DNA from: the human T2T-CHM13v2.0 reference genome, Homo sapiens
Reading direction: 5' to 3' (one strand)
Length of the DNA stretch: 64,000 nt
Assembly (NCBI RefSeq): GCF_009914755.1
Contig: NC_060926.1
Under the pieces are notes generated by a model. That model had not been told where the DNA came from and did not search any database. It saw nothing but the letters and a program-made list of their open reading frames with translations. The translations under genes and the position numbers were made by a program. Shown here piece after piece: positions 12,446 through 24,195 of this stretch (within the stretch, counting starts at the first letter, position 1; each line of letters starts with the position of its first letter).

Positions 12446-14842
12446 GGGCCTATATGTGAATCTGTCCCTGAAGAACAGCCTCAGAAGACACACTGTGGAA
12501 GCTTTGAGGTCACTGGGTCATTGGTCAGCAGCTTTATTTAGATCAGCTGCCTTTGCGTATGCAGCATCTTTCATTGACACAGAAACTTGACCTTGTTACA
12601 TATCAGTTTTCTCTGAGCCTTCACGAAGTAGCTTTTATCAATTTTCTTTGCCTTCTAAGTAAAAGCCAGCAAATTTGCAGAGGGGCTGGTCTCCCCACAT
12701 CTGGTTATCTGTATATTTTGCAAATTCTTGACCTTGAGTGGTCCTGGCATGTAGTTATTCCTCTGTGTCTACACCTGGGCCCTGGGGCATTTGTGTCCTT
12801 CAGATGCCCCTTCCTCTGATAAACTTTCTGAAGGTTCAGCATTTTCTGTGTCCCATTAAAATTTAATTTGCTGTAACATTGCCAGGCCCTGCCATAGCTA
12901 TATTTAAATGGCTTCATTGCCTCATTCTTTGCATTGCCTCTGCTTTTGAGGATCTTGAAATGGTAAATGTCTTCAGTTGTGCCAGCAGCCATGAAGGGCA
13001 GGCAGGGGCTTTGTAGATGATATCTGTGTACTTATAGGTTTTGCTCCTCTAAAACGTGTAAGCAAGGACTGTGAGGTTATTGTGAGAGTGAAGGGCATGG
13101 GAGGAGCATTTGGGTACAGCAGGAAGCATTTGAAAACAAATGTTAATTCATTTAAGAGTTTGGTGCCTGTTTAATTTTTGGTAAGCCCACTTAAAATATA
13201 GTAAGATTTTAAGTTGGAGTGCTTTTCCAAGCATGAGCAATAAAAATGTGCCCTGGACCCTATGCTGTAATTGGCACAGAGACTGTAGTGGAGTTTTACC
13301 CTTTGTACCCAAGCCTGTGTCTCTGCAACCTTTGGAAAATATTCTTAGTTTGAAGTTAGAAAACAAAGTAAACTGTCTGCTTGAACATTGTTGAAAAAGT
13401 TATTGTACTAGCCTATCAAGGATAAGATGATACAAACCAGGTCAGGGGAAAGAAGTTAGGAAATGCCTAGTGACATCTGTATGGTAGTCGGCTTACCTAG
13501 GGTAGAAGCTCAGTGAGAGAGAGAGTCGGGAGAATAGGAGGAGACAAGGGCAGGACATTTTGGGTTTCCTGAGAAGCAGTGGTTGGCAATTTCTCTCCTG
13601 AGTTTCCAGAAATGACATATTATAGGAAGGGTTGCAATGTGATTCAAATTGCTAATGTGTGCTTCTTGAAAAAATATCAAACCACTCCCCCAAATTGAGG
13701 TATTTGGTTAATAAACAATCAAGTCTCTGTTCATTGAGTTATCATTTGTCATTGCTAGAGTTGATCTATTGAACTAGAGCAAATTGGGGAATATTAGAAG
13801 TACATTTGAAAGACTTTGGATACAGTTGTCTCTTACTGTAAATGTCATCTTTTTTTTCTTTCTGTCATATTCCCAGTACCCCTCTCTGACCTCTCTTCTT
13901 TGCTATTTTGTCTTTCATTCGAGTCCCTTTCTATTTACTCTTTTTCCTTCCATTTTAGTTTAGTTCTGTCTTTTGTGTGTCTGTGTTTTCCATTCATTTT
14001 ATACGTTTCTGGTCTGACACTTTATTACCTAGTGTTGTCTGTGCTGTATGTTTCATCAGTTCTTTCCTCCCCCAGAGGTATCTCCTGGGATCTATAAATA
14101 GTACTGCAACAATGTGTTGGTGAACTTTGGGTGAACAAAGGGTATGGGTCGCTTTAGACCTTTCTTAAGGCAGCCCTGTGTTGAGGGCTCTGTTTTCTCC
14201 TGTAGGCAGCAAATCCTTTGTGAGCCCAAGTTTGCCCAGTGCCTGGTATATATTAGGTGCTTAGTGAATATTTGTTGAACACATGGATGTATTATCTGAA
14301 AATGTTGGGCCCATATGAGTGGAAAATAAGGGTTGCTGTTTGGGAAAAAGTTGACGAGTTTCATGTGAGTTTTCCTCTGGGAATAGTGGCCTTGCCAGTT
14401 TGGTTGCTGTTTAGTCTTGACACTTTCTTCTACAAATGCTTATTTTCTGTGGGTTCTGCTGTTTCTTTTTCCTTCTCTATTAATAAATATTGTTTGTATC
14501 ATGTTGCAACCTCCTCTTTGGCTTAACCTCCCTTGGTCTGTGTTGGTGGTGGCAGGGTCTGTTTGCTCCTTCCTTCATTGCTGTCTCAGTGGCAGCTCCT
14601 TTCTTCTTCTTTACCTGCTCTGCCTCTTCTTGCTGTTCCTGTTCTTATTATTGGGACTCCTTGTCTACTCTCCCTTCTTTGGTCCTTTTACTGATTTTTT
14701 TTTTGCCTTCTTGAGCATCATGGGGCTTGGTCTTTTTAGGATAAGGACCAGGAAGCTCTGCTGCACTACTCCAGGATGGGCACTGGAAGTGAAAAGAACC
14801 CTGAACAAGTGGAATGCCCGTAGCAGGAGAGAAGGTGGCTGA

Positions 14843-14928
14843 TTTCTTTTTTTTCCTTTGTGTTTATTTTATTTTATTATTATTATACTTTAAGTTTTAG
14901 GGTACATGTGCACAACGTGCAGGTTTGT
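14843..14928 (-). mobile_element. Very short L1PA (L1PA3-5-like) 3' stub
   Basis: ttattatactttaagttttagggtacatgtgcacaacgtgcaggtttgt is the antisense young-L1 3' terminus, preceded by a T-rich tail. Confidence 0.9.
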
Positions 14929-15018
14929 CGGATAGTCTGTGCTATTCAGTTTGACCTAGTCTTTTATGTCTCTGTGGGCTTCATCCCCTCATAGTTTCCC
15001 TGGCTGTATCATCAACTA

Positions 15019-15312
<294 letters not shown>

Positions 15313-15511
15313 TCATCAACTATTTTTTAAGTACTTAACTAGGCCAGGTATTGTAGGGTCAATGACAGGGAAACTCAGCCTGCTTCTGTGGAGCTTAGGC
15401 TCTCATGGGGGTGTGTCAGATGTTAATCAAATAACGTAAAATTGCAGCTGTGAAAATGCATAGTACGTAAAAGGAGAATTGCACTATGATCAGGCTGCTC
15501 TGGGTATTTTT

Positions 15512-15846
15512 TTTTTAGGTTTATTATACTTTAAGTTCTGGGATACGTGTGCAGAATGTGCAGGTTTGTTACATAGGTATACACGTGCCATGGTGGTTTG
15601 CTGCACCCATCAACCCGTCATCTACATTAGGTATTTCTCCTAATGTTATCCCTCCTCGGGCCCCCCCGCCCAACCGACAGGCCCCAGTGTGTGATGTTCC
15701 CCTCCCTGTGTCCATGTGTTCTCGTTGCTCAACTCCCACCTATGAGTGAGAACATGTGGTGTTTGGTTTTCTGTTCTTGTGTTAGTTTGCTGAGAATGAT
15801 GGTTTCCAGCTTCATCCATGTCCCTGCAAAGGACATGAATTCATCC
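15512..15846 (-). mobile_element. L1PA7-like 3' end (5'-truncated)
   Basis: tatactttaagttctgggatacgtgtgcagaatgtgcagg...ccctgcaaaggacatgaat; TSD CTGGGTATTTTT 15500-15511 / CTCGGTATTTTT 15847-15858. Confidence 0.93.
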
Positions 15847-15870
15847 CTCGGTATTTTTAAAAGCCTTTTA

Positions 15871-16220
<350 letters not shown>

Positions 16221-16239
16221 CTGCTTTAGAGATTTTTGT

Positions 16240-16815
16240 CTAGAGCAAGAGACTAGAAAAGATTCTTGAGGAAAGTATTGCCTGAGCTGAGAGCTGAAGA
16301 ATGAGTAGGACAGGAGCTAGGGTGAAGATCAAGGGAAGAGTTTCCAGGCAAGAGATCTCATGGGAGGGAGCAGGAAGCATGTAAAGAACAAGAAGACCAG
16401 AGCGGGTTGGAAAGAGAAGGGCTCCTAGTACAGTATGTGGTAGGGTCTCCTGAGCCATAGTACAGGTTTCATCTCATCCTAAAAGCAGCTGAGTTAGGGA
16501 GGGGAGAATTAAATTTGAATTTGAAAGAGATCACTCAGAGAGGAGAATGGATTGAATAGGGGTCAGGGTGAATAAGAGAAGACTAGTTAAAAAAGTTATT
16601 GCAATATTCTAAGCTGGAGAGGAGGTGGCCTAGTCAAGGCTGATGGTAGCAATGCATAGAAGAGAGTGGATTCAAGAGATGTTTCGGAGCAAAGATTGAT
16701 AGGACTTATTGATGGATTAGCCATAGAGACCAACAGGAAGAAGTGTCAGGGATGATTTCTAAGTTTCTGCTTGAAAACATGCAAGAATGGGGATGCCAGT
16801 TGCTGAGATTGTGTG
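16240..16815 (-). mobile_element. L2 LINE relic
   Basis: gagctgagagctgaagaatgagtagga...aagagtttccaggcaagag...tttgaaagagatcactc...gtcagggatgatttctaagtttctg. Confidence 0.75.
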
Positions 16816-17010
16816 CTAGCTTAAATAAAATGTTTCCTCACAATGTAGATTTGGGACAAAGGACAGGTGTGATTGGTTTTGTGCCCATCTGAGTGGACAT
16901 TGGCTTTGATGGCTATGAGTCATGACTGGCACATATGGGTATTAAATGAAAGTGCCATATTTACTTGTGTATCTCCTTGCTTATTTCCCTCAACTCTAGT
17001 CTTAAGGAAG

Positions 17011-17074
17011 ATACATGTGCATGCACACACATATACACATATACATATATGTGCACATACACATATATATGTGT
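17011..17074. repeat. Mixed (CA)/(TA) alternating purine-pyrimidine microsatellite
   Basis: atacatgtgcatgcacacacatatacacatatacatatatgtgcacatacacatatatatgtgt. Confidence 0.85.
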
Positions 17075-17419
17075 TTCAATGCATGGTTTACATACATTTT
17101 CCCTCTTAGCAGGCAGGGTTAGCTGGAGTAATTGTTCAGGTATTTGAAGAAATGAGAAAGGCTGTTAAATTTGATGAATGTGAAAAAATTAATACCTACC
17201 TCCTGTTCATAGTTCATAAAGTTGTCTTAACATTCTCGGAGGGTTCCCAGCAGTTTCTCTGGTGATGCTGTGTAGGTGTTATTGATGCTGTCTCTTTGTT
17301 CTTGGGGTGGTGGTGGTAGCAGTGGTATCAAGGATAAAAATGTGGACCCCATCCTGAAACAATTAAATAGAGATACGACATTTATTCCTATATCAGTCAT
17401 GTATGATAATGCCATATTG

Positions 17420-17790
17420 ATTAATTAATTCATGTGAAAAACCAAGTGTTTCACCAAGCACTGTGTTAGACATGGCAGAAACAAAAAATGAGCAACACTG
17501 TCTCAGTTCACAAGTGTTTATTCATTTCTTACTTTCCGCTGTTCTAGACTGGGTTTTAATGGTGAACTAAAATACGCATGGTGTCCCTGATCTCATGGAG
17601 CCCATGGCTAGAAGAGGAGATGGACATTAATCAAATAACCAACAAATAAATAACACTGATGTGTACTATAAGGGAAAAATATAGGTGTCATGACAGCATA
17701 TAAGTAGGGGACTGGATCTAGCCAGGGACATCAGCAGAGGCTTCCCTGAAGAAGTGATGATTAAGTTGAAAGAAGAATAGTATCACTTGG
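17420..17790 (-). mobile_element. L2 3' relics
   Basis: ccaagcactgtgttaga...ccctgatctcatggagccca...ggcttccctgaagaagtgatgattaagttgaa. Confidence 0.7.
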
Positions 17791-17854
17791 GCAAGAGAGG
17801 ATGGAGAGAAGAGCATTTTGTCTGATGGGGTAGTTTGATGAGGCAGGAGTGAAA

Positions 17855-18265
17855 GCAGGCTAGGTTATATGTGAAGAACACATGAACCCCTTGATTCCAG
17901 GGACTTAGCATCACAAAGGTTTGCTTCTTCCTCTCACTACATGAATGATGTAGCTTGGTGAGGAGGTTCTGTTCTTTATAGGTATTCTGGGACACCGCTG
18001 ATGAAGGCTTCCCTCTCTGAGCATTGCTGTTGGTGTGGCAGAGGAGAAAACATGGACTTATCACACCTTGCTCTTCTCTGTTCCCACCTGGAAGTGACCC
18101 ATATTACTTCTGCCCATGGTCCATTGGCCAGACTGACCACATGGCCCCACTTCACGGCAAGGAACTGGGTGGTATAGTTTTCTGTAAGAGGTTATAATAG
18201 CATTTACTGAAGTGATGCTTATGGCTATGTGGAAGAAATAAAGCATATCAGTGACTATGCAAATA
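17855..18265 (-). mobile_element. MLT1 (MLT1K-like) MaLR LTR relic
   Basis: ggacttagcatcacaaaggtttgcttcttcctc...cacctggaagtgacccatattacttctgcccatggtccattggccagactgaccacatggcccc. Confidence 0.75.
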
Positions 18266-20059
18266 ATGTCCCAGAGTGATTTGTTGGCTGCTAAAATGTG
18301 GGTGGTGAAGAAGGAGAGGGAGTCAAAAAGGGGGAGGTAGCCTTTAGCTCCTAGGTAAGTGGTAGAATTAAGGAACCATTCACAAGGTTGAGGAAGGGAT
18401 AGACAGGGTGATAAGTAAAAGATGGTAAGAACTGTACCTTGGGGAACACAAAGATATAGCTGGCACCAGGAGAAAAAAGAGTCATCAGAGGAGACAGAAG
18501 AGGAGCAAAGGATAGTGATTGGGAGTTTTCACAGCCAGGATAAGGGGCCTTTCAGAAGGAAGGAGGGCCCAGCTGTGTCAAATGCCCTACACGTTAAAGA
18601 AGATGGAGAATAAGACCAGGTCATTGGGCTGGGAATGGAGGAGGTCATTGATGATCTTCTAGGAAGGAGAAAGAAATGATGGAATCATGTGAGACTCTTA
18701 AAGTCATGGGTTGGGGTTTTTGTTGTTGTTGTTGTTGTTTTGTTTTATGAGGGATAGAGGAGAATAAATCCTGAACATGGTGATAGGTACAGAATGAAAG
18801 AGAGAATGAACACAGGAAAAATAAGATTTAGAAGAGACAAGAGTGGAAGAAATACAGGGTTAACATTGGTAACAAGGAGTCACATTTCCTTCTTAGAGGT
18901 AAGAGCAATAGATGGGAGGAGAGTTTGGAAAAACAAATATTTGAGATAATGAATGGCTTGATAGGAGAGATGAACAGATGTACATATCCTATGTAGAATT
19001 CAAGATCCTTAGAAGTTAACTGCTCATAATCCTGAAATATACAATAAATTGCATGGCAGGACTGCAAATTCAAGTTAGCTCAAAAAAGGCTCAGAATTCA
19101 GATATGCTTTGATTACAGGTCAAAATGCAGAGGACCCTATGAAAGGGCTATTGTTGGAAAATTAAAAACAATAGTAAATGTTGCATTTTCTGGAATTGTG
19201 CATTGGCTATTATATTATTTCTATGGGAATATAGAATGAACCTCCTGGTTGGAATTGACTACACATCTTTTTAAGCAGAGTCAAGGCACCTTTTAGGATG
19301 GTGTATGAGAATTAATTAATGGGAATATCTTTCAGATGTCAGAAATCTGCTTATTATTACTATTTATTAAGTGGGCACAATGTGTCCTTGGTGGCCTATT
19401 GATCAGTGTTATCATTTTAAAACCTGTCAGTCTAGCTGTGAATTACCTAAAGAAAATTCAATTATAAAGTAGTTCACTAAAATAGCTCATGCATAAGGAG
19501 GGAATGAATTGTACCGATTGGAATTAATTCGCAACTCAGATATTTTCTAGGGGATAGGTCTTCTTTGTTCGCTGTAAAAATTCAAAGTAGGGCAGGCCCT
19601 TTTTATCCTCATTTAGGAGCCCTGCAGTTGACTTAGGTATTGTTTCATTGGATTTGACTCCCTTGCCCAGGCAGATAAATATAACCTTCCTGGCCTAATG
19701 TCTGAGTGGCATGAATGACTGCCACTTACATTTGGTAAATTCCCTGTGACTTCAGAAGTTGTGAAAAGTCTGAACAGCCCTGCAGACTCGTCTGAAAAGA
19801 TTAAAAAGTAAATCAGGTTCCAGTTGTAAAGTGTTGCTGAATGAGGGCCATTTATTTTTCATTTTGTGCTTGAAGGTTTTAAAAATAACTGGTAGTAATT
19901 TCAAACAGATTCAAATTGTCAAACATGTTTGAGAGGGAAAGGGAAAGAGCTTGTTTATAGGGGGAACATTCAACTGAAGTCCATATAGTACTGCCCTTCT
20001 GATACCATGAATGTCAATAAACTCACTCTCCATGGCTCAGTGTATGATAGACCTCAGTT

Positions 20060-21950
20060 TGCTTTTATTCAGTTTGTAAAACATTTAGTGAATACCTTCT
20101 GTGTGCGAGATGCTATGGTGTGAACATTCTGAAAGCAAAAACTTAAGTACGTTTCAGTCCCTGACATAAGGTATCTTCGAGTACCACTGTGTTGGGGAGA
20201 TGGTGGCAAGGCATTAGTTAATTATAATGCAGTCCAGAATGTGATGGCTGTCACAATGGGGCCCAACGTACTGTAGGAGTTCAAAGAATGAAGGCAATAT
20301 TTTCAATTAAAGGATTAGGAAAACTTTCATGAACAAGATAGTATTTGAAGTGAGACCTAAATTAAGAGGTGAAGCCATGTTATGGTGGGATAGTGAAAGA
20401 GGAAAATAAACAGCTAGGGGCAAGCATACGACGAGGGGCCAAAAACAATGGAGGAAAACATGAGAGGTGGGAGAAGTTAGGGTTGTGGAGTCAAGCAGTC
20501 AAGCAAGTCTAGTGGGGAGGAAGTTACATGAAAAACATCTGGGAGGAAGGTAGGTTTGGGCATATTGTGGAGGTCTTAGGTGATTGTGTAAGGAATTTTG
20601 ACACTCTTTTGAGTGGAGGAGTGGGATAATAAAACATTTAAAAGAAACTCAATCAGGTGTTTTTTCAGGTATCTACAAGGCGAATTAGAGAACAGATACT
20701 GAAGGCAGGGAGATGAGTTAGGAAGCTATTGTGATGTTATACATGAGAAATGATGAGGATCTGAACAAGGAGAGGCCCTCTCTGAACCTGACATGGAGGA
20801 GAAGATATAAAAGATGTTGTAGATGCCAAATCTTTGAATATTAGCAACTGATGGAGGGGGAGAGAAAGGTAATGAAGATGGTGGTAAGATGTTGACATCA
20901 TTTTCACCAACAGAAATAAAAAATCATCAGTAAGGGCTGTTCTTTAATCAGCTATTATAATGGGTTTGGATTTATACTTTCTTAAATCATAGCCATGTTA
21001 GGATTTATCAGAGATGTTCTCCTTTGAGGTGTTGACTTGGTAACTGTACATGATATTGAAGGAGTGAATTGGCTTCCGAGTAGGGAGTGTGAGAATGCAG
21101 GGGATGGAGAACAGGGTCCCACAGCAAACCTGCAGGTAAGAGGTGGGGGAGGCCATGGAAGCATGGCTGTGGGAGAAGATGAAGAAGAATGAAGCTGGTG
21201 CTGTGGTACAGAAGCCAATGGAACAAAGAGTTTGGAAAAGGAGGGTACTGGAAAGAACATAGAATGAGAAAATGTCTGTTGATTTATTAATTTAAATCTC
21301 ACTTAAAACCAGGGTGTAAGAAGTTATGGGGTGAGAGGGTGGTATAAAAGGAAAGACAGTGTGTTTTTCCATGTCAGCAGATAGGCCACACTCTCCCTGC
21401 CATACCTCACCACCCCTCGTCAGACTTCATTATCCGATATGGCCTGAGCTTGGCCTGAGTCCTTCTCCACAGAGAGTTATGGAGAGAGTCTACCAGACTT
21501 GGCCTGGGATGAGACTGTTTGGCATCCCAGTTTAGACTCTCTCATGCAGAATTTTGGTAGAATGGGATAGATAGCAAAATCTAGGACAGGAGAGACCGGA
21601 ATATATCTGTGGCAGGGATAAAGTTTGCAGACAAAATTTAAATTGAACTGTAAGAGAAAGTAGTTACCTCATAAAGTTAGATCTTTGCAAAGGCAAGAGG
21701 GAAAGAGATCAGGTCTGGGTTTGGCTTGATGAGGAGAGGGGCCATTTCTTCTTGAGAAATGAGGAAGAAACTGAAGTACGGAGATTTTGAAGCAGAATGA
21801 AAGGAAATATGGAGGACTTCCAGTTGGATTTCTTCAATCTTCTCTGTAAAATATGGAATGAAGTCCTCTGCTGAGAGTGAGTAGGTGGGTAAGATGTGGA
21901 GCTAAGGCTTTTGAGAAAGTTTAGGATAATTGCTGAAGGTCGGGTGACTT
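20060..21950 (-). mobile_element. Fragmented L2 LINE relic (interrupted at ~21300-21600)
   Basis: aacatttagtgaataccttctgtgtgcgagatgct L2 3' end; gaaggcagggagatgagttaggaagctattg; ttcaatcttctctgtaaaatatgg...tctgctgagagtgag L2 internal motifs. Confidence 0.65.
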
Positions 21951-24004
21951 AGGGCCAACACTAAATGAATAAAATAATGGTTGGACCACCTTGAAGGCAC
22001 AGGTGAGGTTGGATGTCATATGGTTATAATGACCTAGGTTATGACTTTTTCCTGCAGCGATTGCTAACTGAGGAGCCGTGCTGTGCTGACCAGTTGGGGT
22101 TATCATGTACTAAGGATGGAAAGAGCAAGGAACTTGACAGAAACAGGAAGCCTAGAATGGTGGGGAGTACATTTTTGACACTGTTTTTGGGTAAGGCTTG
22201 TTTTTTTATGGATGGGATCATATGCATTGATTGCCTCACCATCCATATTCCTAGAGGCTGGCCTATTGGAAGTAAGTCCTTCAGATGGCAAAGAGCAGAG
22301 GAGACATGAGAGAAAGCTGTGACCAAGGAGCCAATGGGCCCTGGCTTCCCCGGCACCATATCCCAGCCTATTGCTCCAGTGCCTCCCTCGCTGGGCTCAG
22401 GCCTCTCCAATCCCTGGCCATACTGAGTAGGACAAGGAATGTGCCCACTGGGAGCTTCCAGTCCATGGTGGGTGAAGGTAGAATTAGTTATGCTTCTGTA
22501 CTCCTGGGTCTGGTCCTTGGATGCCCATAAAGTTGTAGCTTTCACCTGATCCTCCTGGCATTTTCAGAAGGCACATGCTTTAACTTCAGCTAGTGTTTCT
22601 CTTTGAGTCTGGGACCATTCAAAACTCTGCCTGCCTGGCTGGAGCTGTGTCACCTTCCTAGATCTTCCCAGAGCCTATTCTCCAAGGACTAGAAATTTCA
22701 CCATTAGCCAAAGTTCTGCCCTTAATGGACTTAAAACCAGGAAGCTTCTTTGTCTTTCTTGCCAAATTGGGCCTCTTCAGTACTGATGATGACACATGTC
22801 AGACTTGATTTCTCCTTGCCTTTCTGGACACAGAATGCTAAACTTCTCATTACTCATCTTAAGGGCCAGGTTGATAGCTGGATCATCTTCACCAAACTCA
22901 AGTGGGGCCTTTTCCTTATGAATCTATGTTGCGGGGACTTCATTGGCTATCCTGCTAAAGTGTTGTCATATTTGAATAGGGGGATTTAATCAAGGTACTC
23001 ATGGTAGTGAGTTTAGCACCCAAACTAGCATTTAAGACAATAAAAGAGAAGTAGGATCTGAAGGGAACCAGATGGTCAAAGAGCAGGGAAGACTGATGGG
23101 AACCAGAAAAATACCAATGTGAAAATCAGTGTGCATCTTGGAGGCTGCACAGATAGTGTGGGACCACAATAATATGGGAAAATGGACCAAAAAATAGACA
23201 AACTCATGCTGTCCCTGAAACACCATTGGTCTCCTGCTGGAGTAGTGATTTTGTTGAGCTTGGTTTTCCCAGGGATCTCAGCTAGAACTGGAGTGAGGGT
23301 GGGAGTAAAAAGAATCTGACAGGGAACCACAAGAATCTTTCCTTTGATCAGTGTTCTTTTCAAGAAGATGTTTGCCACTGTCCATAATATAAGTCATGCT
23401 TGAAATAAAACTTTAGTGGAGCAAATTTATTCAAGTCTGGGCTTACACAAACATGATAAATTTGTCCAATCTTTTTTTAGCTGCTCTAATGTCATGGTAG
23501 CTTTTTTGCCTGCAGGAGTAGCAATGTGATCTGGCTCCATAGTTCAGCCTGTTGAGCAGGGCAGGGCTGTATTAGTAGTCACATTACATTCATGACCTTC
23601 ACTAGGCATTGCTGCCAGGAAGCATCATTTGAAGGTGACGTTGCCTGGAGTTGGCATAAACCTCACTGGCTGTGGAATGTATATGTGTATGGTACATACA
23701 TGTTCAGACAACCTTGTTCAGGTTATTACTTTAGTAAAGGAAAAGGTCATTTAGACATATAAAAGAGTGTCCTCTTTTAGAATAATGATTCTATTTGTTG
23801 GCTAACTGTCTTATTTAGCCAGAATTGTCTCTCTATTGCTTGAGGGAGTTTAACCTTTGATTATTAGAACTCCTATTTCTTATAGAACTTGCCTTCACAA
23901 AAAATAATAATTTTCAAAATACACATTGGCATTACAAAAGCATCTTGTGCAAATTTAGTGGGTTCTTTTAAAGACATGAAAACTGTCTGATTTAGTAATG
24001 AAGT

Positions 24005-24195
24005 TGACATAGTACTGAACAGGCATCAGGACCCCTGGGTTTGCATCCTAGGTCACTTTTCCCCAGGTGATCTTGGGAAATTTACAAAGCCTCTTGGAGA
24101 AGCAACTTTCTCATCTCTTAAGTGGGGATAATGAAACCTCCTTCATCAGGGAGAATGTGAAAGAAACTGCGGTAGCACTTTAAAAACCATAATGC
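24005..24195 (+). mobile_element. MIR relic
   Basis: gacccctgggtttgcatcctagg...gtgatcttgggaaattt...ctttctcatctcttaagtggggataat. Confidence 0.65.

Noticed and set aside
14417-14842. 141-aa hydrophobic 'membrane protein' ORF
   Set aside because: An artefact of a T/C-rich low-complexity strand (Leu/Phe/Ser codons).
22039-22545. 168-aa - strand ORF in non-repeat-looking DNA
   Set aside because: No recognisable domain or splice context, and overlapping ORFs in other frames suggest stop-poor composition. BLASTP/PhyloCSF would be needed to revive it.
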